Shown piece by piece: positions 51,275 to 60,000 of a stretch of 60,000 nucleotides of DNA. The stretch comes from Lama glama (lineage: Eukaryota): the NCBI GenBank assembly GCA_028534125.1, contig CM052816.1, forward strand, positions 96,474,001-96,534,000, read 5' to 3'. The notes below the pieces were generated by a model. It saw only the letters and a program-made list of their open reading frames with translations, was not told the origin of the DNA and made no database searches. Made by a program: the position numbers and the translations under genes. The stretch's first letter is position 1, and each line of letters begins with the position of its first letter.

Positions 51275-51749
51275 TGTTAACCAAAATTCGCCAAAGAAAC
51301 AGAGACCTGATTGAAATAAAGAGGCATTTATTTAGGATTATTAGGACTACAGCCCATGCTTGATACACAGATTCAGGAAGTACTTGAATTCTGTTCCACC
51401 AAATGACAAAAGAGCAGAGTCTTATAAAGGCAAAAACCACAAGGTTACAGTTAGTTACGTGAGTTGTTTATCAAGAATTATAATAGAAGCTGGTAAGGGG
51501 TCAAGGGCGCTTGTTAAGTAAGGATTAGTTGGGGCCTGAAATGGTTGCATAGTTACAAGGGGAAACAGCCTTGAGACACAAGGTTGCAGATGGCAGGTGT
51601 TGTTTTATAAACACTGGTGTCCTTGAGTTAGACAGAGTTCACAGAAATTTCAAGTTCTCGGTGCAGGGACGTGTCTGAGACCAGTTCCTCAGTGGCTGCC
51701 CCTTGTCAGGTTTGTATGCCTGAACTTTAATTACTCTATTATCACTTCA
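51275..51749 (-). mobile_element. ERV1-class solo LTR, about 475 bp
   Basis: TG...CA termini; minus-strand AATAAA at 51327-51332 and TTTATAA near 51422-51428; flanks gttt/attt may be a 4-bp TSD with one mismatch. Confidence 0.75.
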
Positions 51750-51822
51750 ATTTGTCATCTATATCTAAACAAACAATGAAGTGAAAAGCGGCATTTATGA
51801 TTTTAATTGAAACCACAATGAT

Positions 51823-52740
51823 ATTTTTAATTTTTCTAATTTTTATAAACTTTTAAAGGTTACAGTCATTCAGTTATTACAAAACATTGGCTCCATTCTC
51901 CATGTCGTACAGCACATCCTTGTAGCCTACCTCACACCCAGTACCTGTCTCTGTATTGCCCCCACCCCAGAACCACTAGTTTGTTCTCTTTATTTGTGAA
52001 TCTGCTTCCTTTTTTGTTGCATTCACTAGTTTGTTATATTTTTTAGATTCCACATACAAGTGATATCATACAGTATTTGTCTTTCTTTGTCTGATTTATT
52101 TCACTTAGCATAATGCCCTCCAAGTCCATCCATGTTGCTGCAAATGGCAAAATTTCATCCTTTTAATGGCTGAGTAGTATTCTATTTTATATATATATGG
52201 CATCATTGATATCTATTCATCTGTTGATTGACCCTTAGGTTGCTCCATATCATAAATAATGCTGCTATAAACATTAGGGTGTACATATCTTTTGAATTAG
52301 TGTTTCTAGTTTTTGGGGGATATATACCCAGGAGTGGAATTGCTGGGTCATATGGTAGTTCTACTTTTAGTTTTTTGAGAAACCTCCATACTGTTTTCCA
52401 CAGTGGCTGCACCAATTTACATTGGGATAAGGGAGCAATACCCAGCATATGTGAACAGCTCATACAACTCAACATCAAAAAAGCAAACAATCCAATTAAA
52501 AAATAAGTAGAAGAACCGAGCAGACATTTTTCCAAAGAGGAAATGCAGATGGCCAGTGGGCACATGAAAAGATGCTAAGCACCGCTAATCATCAGGGAAA
52601 TGCACATCAAAACCACAGTGAGATGTCACCTCACACATGTCAGAATGACCATCATCAGTAAGACCACAAATAACAAATGCTGGCGAGGATGTGGAGAAAA
52701 GGGAAACTACATACACCTTTAGTGGGAATGTAAATCGGTG
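51823..52740 (-). mobile_element. 5'-inverted L1 with cetartiodactyl-style 3'UTR (minus part about 51823-52423, inverted part 52424-52740)
   Basis: Minus ORF has [32 protein letters not shown]; the + part encodes [17 protein letters not shown]-rich tail on the left. Confidence 0.93.
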
Positions 52741-53199
52741 AAATCATGATTGTGTTGAACACAAGGTTTAACTCTTTATGCACATATGAGAATAAAAACT
52801 ACAAGTAATAGCATATGTAGTAAATTATGCATACACAGACACAGACACACACACACATTTATTTCCAGGGCAAAGTATTTAATGATTAAAAAGTAAATGA
52901 ACATTAAAAAAAAATCATGGGAAACACCCATGGTCAAAGCTGTCTGATTTACTTCACTGATTGCAGTAATGTTAAAGCATGTTGGCTATTTCTTGAAAAC
53001 TTTTTCTAAGACAAATGAGGTGCTCATATTATCCCCTAACCAGATTTAGTGAGATGATTTTCCAAGTGGATCCACCAGGCAATCGCCAACACGTAGCACC
53101 AAGTCCTCCTTAGCTGGTGTATTTTGTTCTTGCTGTTAGGCTCTTATTATCTCTTATGCTGGCTCACGAAACCATCTCTCCCTGGGTTTTGTTTAAATA

Positions 53200-53403
53200 C
53201 AATCAGCCCTCTGCATCCAAGGATTTCAGATCTGTGGATTTTAACAACTGGGGGTGTAAACTTAGAAATTTTGACCTGTGGTTGGTGGAAACCTCAGATA
53301 GAAACCCACGGCTATGTAGGACCGAGGGCTGGGAGTGGAGGGGAGGGGTGGGGTGGCTCCTGGGACTGCCTCTCTCAGGGCCCCCCATACCGAGGGACGA
53401 CTG
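53200..53403. mobile_element. Tigger-family MITE (MER2/MER8-like)
   Basis: TA then caatcagccctctgcatcc ... ataccgagggacgactg, imperfect TIRs. Confidence 0.75.
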
Positions 53404-53959
53404 TTTTGAACTCCAGTGACGTATTTCTATTCCATAAATCCATAGCCTGTAACTCGGCAAACTGCAAAAACATCCAGACTGCTACTTTCTCCTTTGAAGA
53501 GACTGGTCATACTTCTTGACTTACTGACTAATAACTTCCCTTCCAGCTCTGAGTCTCTGCAGATATACCCGTGGCTTCTAAATAAGTTCAGAAACAGAAA
53601 AAATCCATAAGGGGCTTCCATGGGAAGACACAGGTGCTGAAATTTCATTGACAAATTAGGAAGGAAAATACCATGCTCTTTACTTAAGAATAAAAATGGG
53701 AACTGAGCCTTTACGGTTACACACGTTAGACTCTAAAGCCCCTTGCTAAAATCCCCTTGCCTGGTGAATGCTCTGCCCAACCCTCAGCTAGAAATTTCTA
53801 TGGCAAAGAAATCAAGAGGTTCTCCATTTAATACCTTGTTCTGTCCACCAGTTTAATCCTGCCAACAAAGTCTTATACCTTTGAAAATGCGTTAATATAG
53901 CTTATAATTTGCATTTATTTTTATTTTAGCAGCTTTATTAGGGAACATTCAGACACCAC

Positions 53960-54772
53960 GAATTATCAGGGGAATGCAATTCAAAGCCACAATGAGATAA
54001 CACCTCACACCTGTGTTCTGTGCAAGTCTCAAATTATTAATAATCAGAGTTGTGGCTGGACAGGCCCTTGTGGTTCTTATCATGATCGCAAGACCCTTTC
54101 AGGAATAACCATCAAGAAAGTTTGGGGGGAAAAGAACGTTTTATTACACACAGGTCCTGAAAACTACAGGGCACACCAGGGGCCACGCAGTGAGGTATCT
54201 GGTAGAGAGAGGGAGAGCCGTCTGGGGTTCCACTTTCACTGGGGTTGAGGGTGGGGGCTAGGAGTCTCAGAGGTTCGCTCTTTATTGGTGAATTTACAGT
54301 ATAAGGGTGGGAATGAACGCATGGGAAGATTAAAAACAAATGACCCTTACAGTCAGTTAAGGAAGATCTCTAAAACAGAGGGGCCGGGGTCGGGGGGAGT
54401 TAGCGGGGAGTCCTGAGTCTTCACCTAGTCATGTGGCTGGGAATGTGTTTGTTAGAGATAACTGTCTTTGAAGCAGATGCCTGGGCAATCAAAGCTGAAG
54501 TCAGGCACTGGCACTACAAGAAAAGAGAAAACCCAAGGGTTGGGTAGGGTTTACACTACAACCTGTTAGGATGGCTACTTAAAAAAAAAAAAATTGTGGA
54601 TGAGATTGTGGAGAAATTGGATCCCTTCTGCACTTTTGTTGGTGCGAATGTAAAATGGTGCAGCCACTGTGGAAAACAGTATGAAAATTCCTTAAAAACA
54701 AAAACCAAAACCCTACTATATGATCCGTTAATCCCACTTCTGAGTATCTCTCCATCAGAGAGGTATTTGAAA
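53960..54772 (+). mobile_element. L1 ORF2 C-terminal fragment split by an LTR
   Basis: atcaggggaatgcaattcaaagccacaatgagataacacctcacacctg | ttaggatggctact...aatgtaaaatggtgcagccactgtggaaaacagt. Confidence 0.88.
54014..54560 (-). mobile_element. ERV solo LTR, 547 bp, with 5-bp TSD ACCTG
   Basis: TG...CA termini; ACCTG at 54009-54013 and 54561-54565; L1 sequence rejoins when it is removed; minus-strand AATAAA at 54140-54145. Confidence 0.92.
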
Positions 54773-54789
54773 ATAAAGCACAATCTAGC

Positions 54790-55300
54790 ATGCGATTTTC
54801 AACACCTTTTAAAAATAATCTACCTCAAAGAGACACCGGCAGAATATTAAAGATAAAAGCTGTTTATTGCAGCACTATTTGTAATCGCAAACACGACTAA
54901 GTCCATGTTTGGCAGCCCGGTTGCGTAAACAATGGTACATCCTCCCAGCGGAGAGCTCTGTGTCTGTCAACAACTCGGGGGCCACGCCCATCTTGTTCTG
55001 GAGAGAGCAGCTGTATGTATTAAGTCCAGAAAAGCAGGGCGAGCAAATGTGTGCATAGCATGGTAATGAAGGTCCAATGAATGGGAAAACGCGAGTGTAG
55101 TAGACATACTTCAAGCTTTGCCGCACTCACTCACCGATGGAAGGTAAGGACTGCCTCGTTCTGAAAGCCCTGGAAACACTGCGACTCGATAAAGCAGTTC
55201 TCCCTGGACACCCAGGACACGCCTAGGTTAAGAAACGATGGAAACACGGCGTTTATTGGGTTATCTAATTGGATAACTCTAATAAAATTAGTAAGTTCAA
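54790..55300 (+). mobile_element. old L1 (L1ME/L1MC-like) 3' fragment, CpG-enriched
   Basis: tgtttattgcagcactatttgtaatcgcaaa...ggttgcgtaaacaatggtacatcc...aaaagcagggcgagcaaatgtgtgcatagcatg. Confidence 0.7.
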
Positions 55301-56761
55301 TTTTACCAGGAAAAAAAAAACTGCGAAAACCGGTAGATGACAACAGTATTTGTAGCAGATTCACAAGTGAATTAACATTCATCCTTCCGTTCATTTAACC
55401 AAATGATAAATTTAAGTGAATGTTCCTATTTTTGATAGGAAATTGTTATTCATGGTGCTAAATACTAGGGCTGGGAAGATGTTCAGAGAAAGAAAGCGCT
55501 CCTCAATGAATAAACAAGAGGAGTGACAGCTGTGTGAGCTGTAATGCCACGGCATGGCTCACACAGCGGTGAAGCACCGATGAGGAGTGAGAGGAGAAAG
55601 TCACTTTTGACCCCATTCAGTCTGAAAGAAGCAGTACGAGGTCAGAGCTTTATGTGGACAATTTGCAAATTAGTTTGAAAAGATAGATGTTCTTTAAATA
55701 ATGTAGTTATCTGCTTGGATTTTTATCTCTAATATAAAAGATGTTATGACCAAAAATAATAAACCATTCCTCTATAAAAATTATTTTATTACTATTGATC
55801 AGGCGTAGGTGTCACCAAAGTACCTAATTAAATAGTTAATTTTTTAATTTATGTTACCCCCTACGTTTTAATAAGCCAGTTGCAGGTACTATGTGACTAC
55901 TTTATGCAATAATCTAAGGGACAGTTATTTAGTGTCAATGCATAAATTTATCTATTTTAGCAAATAAATTATATTTGGCAATCCAATTCATTACACGCAT
56001 ATATTCACTTCATCTACAAAAATTTTCCTAAAGGGGAAGGGATTTTCATTCAGCAAAAAAAGTACACAGCATGGTAGAATTCTGTATGTTTTCATACATT
56101 TCAAGCTTGTTACATATTTTATTTTAAAAATTCTTTTTTAAAATAGTAGCGAACTAAAAAATGCAGGCTAAGCTAAAGCAAGTTGCTCTCAGCAGACATG
56201 CCTCTGTACCCAAAGACATTCTTCATACTTATGCACGTGGAAATTGACAAAACCTCATGCTGGTTGAGTATCTTTCCTATGACAGATCATTTCTGATATA
56301 ACATCAATCTACAGTGCATATAGAAAACAGTATTACAAAATACCTTATATTTGCCCCAATTCTCTCCTGACACTTCAAAAGTAAGATCCTAGCATGACAG
56401 TTCAAGTCCTTTGATTTGGCTCCGTTTCACTTAAAAAGGTTGTCTCACCGCTTTTTGCCTGGAACTAAGATGATGACACTGATTTGCGTCTCCATTACAG
56501 TTTCCTGTAAACTTGCCGTTAACATAGTCAAGAAACCTGTTGTCACAATATACTCAGTACGGATTTTCTTATAAATAATTCATATAAAGTATTTCAAGTA
56601 TAAAACAAGCTTCAAGTAGCAGAATCAGAAGGCCCACGGGAGATTTCAGAGTATTTGTGGTGTCTGCATGGTCGTGAGTTTGTGCGTGCTGTGTGAGTGT
56701 ACTCTGTGTACGTGTGACTGGAGCGGCAGATGGAAGCGAATGATGGTACTACTCCAGGACC

Positions 56762-57337
56762 ATTGCAGACTGCATTTGCCGAGTGGCTGCGGCATCGTTG
56801 CCCTTCCCACATCTTCTTGCACCTCGCGACCTCGTCGCTTTTCCCAGCGAGACGTGGAGGCGTGCCTCTCCCTTGAATCCGCGTGGGCTTTTGTCTCCCG
56901 CTGCCAGCAGAGTCCCCCGAGTGGAATCAACACTGTGACTTCTGAGCGTAGGTCAGAAAGGCAGGTGACCTCTGCTTGTGTCATCAGGAAGCTCCCTGCC
57001 CGAGGCACCCCCTGAACATGCTCTTTCTCGGAGTTCAGTTGTGATGCTGTGAGGAGCCCGATTCATGTGGAGAGGCTGCAACTGGATCCTTGGGGAAAAG
57101 TCCTCAGTTGTGACAGCCTTCAGGTCCTAGTAGTCTAGGCACAGAAGCCACCTTGGAAGTGAGTTTCTGGCCAAGTGTCCCATCTCCCGGTCATGAAGTT
57201 CTTCTCAGCTGTGCCCCCAGCCCCAGACATCTAGGACAGAGAAGTGTCGGCCCTACCATGGACTTTCTGACTTTCTGAGCCACGGAATCCCTGAGAATAA
57301 CAAAGCAGTTTGTTAGACCAGAAAGATAATTAGAACA
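56762..57337 (+). mobile_element. MLT1G/H-like MaLR LTR
   Basis: ttgcagactgcatttgcc...cccttgaatcc...ctgtgacttctgagcgtaggtcagaaagg...agataattagaaca. Confidence 0.82.
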
Positions 57338-58644
57338 AGTAACCCCATAGGACCTAACTTCCATTATTGTAAATCACTGTGGAGAATGCATCTATGGGTA
57401 TGCTATTACAATGGTGATACAGACACACGTTTGTTTATTTACCTATTTTTAGTAGATATGAGGGCTTACATTGAACTGTGAAATTTTATCTTGAGCAGCA
57501 CATAAAATTTCATTTCTTTTAACTTGTGTGGTATTAAATTGATTTTATGAAGATTAAACATTTGACCTTAACTTCTTACCATCATGCATAGCATATTGAG
57601 ATCATATGGCATACGTAGTCTTCACTTCAGATCCTCATGCTCCAGAGATTCAGAGCCCCTGAGACAGAGGTTGTGAATCCAGGAACTGAGAGTAACAAAG
57701 AGAGCAGAGTGAAACATCATTCAAAGAAAAACCTAAGAAACAAACAACAACAAAACAAATGTCTATGAAACGTCTTTTAAAAAAGTTAAAGTCCATTGTG
57801 ATCTTGAAGTTTACTTGTGATTTGGAAAGTCTTCTTCAAGTGAAAACTTTTAAATTATTTAAAAATTTACATGAGAGAACTTTGAAATAAATGTGCAAAC
57901 TGTTTTCCTATTTGAATCCTAATGCGATTAAAGAACACTTCCATTCATTTTAAGTTTCAATTACAGCTTTGTTATATTCATTGTGTCTGGATACAATGTG
58001 CCAATTAAGCATTTATCAGTCTCAAAATTTAAAAATATTGGACAAAAACTTGAACCAAGTGGCATCTACACACATCTCAAAATCTCATTGACTTTTCTGT
58101 AATAATCTTGCCAAAAGCATCCTTGATTTACTGCAAAATTATGCTACACAATGAAAAACCATGCACTAAACAGCCACATGTTCAAACGTCCAAAAGACTT
58201 GGGTAAAAATAACTGACAGCATTATATTTTAAAACTTGTTATTTTGGCATCAACAACAACAAAAAAGTAGAATAAATATTCTCCCTTAAGGCAATAAGGT
58301 TGAAAGGAATGATTTATAGTTTGAAACATGAGGAAGCATTTAACATAATGAAAAAGCATTATTCAGTATTTTGGAAGAAATGATAAATAAGCATATGTTT
58401 ACTCAATGAAAACTAGAATAAGAGTGTTTAAGAGGACTTTGGACAAGAAAGCATCACTAGGATGTTGTGCCAAGTGCATTATCTCTGGCCAAGAGCTGAA
58501 AGTTTGGTCCCATGAAGAAGAAATCTGTGGTCAGCACAGACCTCAGTGCATGGCACTCATTTAAAGGGCTGGCGCTTAAGGTGTAACTACAGGCAAACAA
58601 CATTAAAGAATGGTTGCAAAGCTGATCTGGCCATCAACAGAACA

Positions 58645-58785
58645 AAAAGGAAGTTTAAATCCAGCGTCTGTAACGCAGGCACTTTCTAAGCAGTTATCAG
58701 CATGGCTTCACGACTCTAAGCTGCAGTTTTCTTAGCTCTGAAAATGGGAATCATAATTTTAAAACAATATCAAAAAGCACTTAGT
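58645..58785 (+). mobile_element. MIR SINE
   Basis: ctctaagctgcagttttcttagctctgaaaatgggaatcataat...aaagcacttag. Confidence 0.7.
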
Positions 58786-59399
58786 TACAGTTAGATTCAG
58801 TAACCACTACCATTAGTGTGTGTGAAAAACATGGTACTGTAAGAATGGGAGTTGTGAGCATCCTTCTGTCTCTCTCTACCGTGGACTGAAGACGAGGATC
58901 TAGCTGACAGCCATGTTGTAGGGACCAATCCGAGGCGCCTTCTGAGAGCATGGACCGAGGCTAGGCAGACATCAGGCCTTATTTTAGGATAACTGAAGGA
59001 AATGAAGAAAAGCAGTTTTCAGAGAAAGTACTGACGTCCAACAAAATGCTAATAAGCCGGAAAATAAACTCTTACAGAGGACAGACATTTCTAAGAGCTG
59101 CTTGGCATTTTCAAAAGAACACATGCCACTGTGAAAAGACCAAAATATGTGACAGTTAAAAAGTAAAACAAATAAGAGATGAAATTAAAAATATAATTGT
59201 AGGTTATGAGAGCATATTTATACTCTTACTACATCACACGCCTTTGAAATTCTTGTGCCCCCCCCTCTTGCTTTGCTCTGCTTGGTTGCCGGCTTTCTGC
59301 CAGCTCAGCGCTGCACCAGTGCGATTGATCAGCGCTGGATTAAAAATCTCTAATTCGTGATCATCAGCGTCCCCTGGCCCCTCACTGCTCCCTGGGGGT

Positions 59400-60000
59400 C
59401 GCACTGCATATTCTTTTCCATTTACTCCCCCACTCTCCTATGTGAGTGTCTCATATCTTATGCTCTGTCCTCCAGCCCTCCACTTCTCCTTTCCCATCCT
59501 GACCCGCAGCAGATGACCACGACTCGTCACGGATAAAAACGGGACTTTCACAGACACCCACTAGCAATTACACTCATCAACCACCATCCACACCCGCCTA
59601 CCCCAGGTCCCTACTGCAATTACGAAGTATGCAGGTCCTTTCTAGCACAGATACCTTCATGGGGATGTTTGTTCTCATCTCCTCAACGTACTCCAGAGCA
59701 AAAATGGATCCATCTCCCCTCCCCTCTTTCTCACATCATCAAAGTTTCTGTTTCCACAGGATCATTCACATTATCACACAAACATGCTGTTTCATCTCCT
59801 ATCCTAAAAAATAGTATTCTCTTCATTATACTTTGCCCCTTTCCTTGCTCCTCATTATAACAACATTTCTGTAAAGAGTTTTTCTATACATGCTGCCCTG
59901 GGTCCCTATGTCCCTAGTGTCCTTTAAACCCCCTCCAAGCAGGCTTTGCCCCACCGTTCCACCAGAACTGTTCTCCGGAATCAGCAATAACGTCCATGCT
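59400..60000 (+). mobile_element. L2 ORF2 fragment running off the window end
   Basis: aaacatgctgtttcatctcctatcctaaaaaa; tttaaaccccctccaagcaggctttgccccaccgttccaccagaactgttctc (NPLQxGF...STETAL region). Confidence 0.78.

Noticed and set aside
1..60000. Protein-coding genes from the supplied ORF track
   Set aside because: All ORFs are 156 aa or shorter, many use non-ATG starts, and none resembles a host protein I know. The recognisable ones are L1, L2 or Tigger remnants
1..60000. CRISPR array, operon, defence system, tRNA/rRNA
   Set aside because: The sequence is mammalian; no regularly spaced repeat-spacer array and no tRNA- or rRNA-like sequence was seen

Overview
Mammalian genomic DNA that is AT-rich, rich in interspersed repeats and apparently intronic or intergenic. 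I recognise no protein-coding gene, RNA gene, CRISPR array or prokaryote-type system. The short ORFs are chance ORFs or decayed L1/L2/Tigger coding remnants. The window holds old L1, L2, MIR, MaLR (MLT1), ERV solo LTRs and Tigger/hAT DNA-transposon relics. A cetartiodactyl-style L1 3' end plus no visible lineage-specific SINE suggests a camelid-like genome (inference). The best-supported structures are: two, possibly three, 5'-inverted (twin-primed) L1 insertions; two solo LTRs with exact TSDs, one splitting an L1; an exact 53-bp copy placed 569 bp from its twin; an 18-bp-arm AT-rich inverted repeat; and repeated short patches where ancient repeats are unexpectedly CpG/GC-rich, as expected from GC-biased gene conversion at recombination hotspots. 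Repeat family names come from recalled consensus sequences, and most boundaries are approximate. I found no evidence of a novel biological system.
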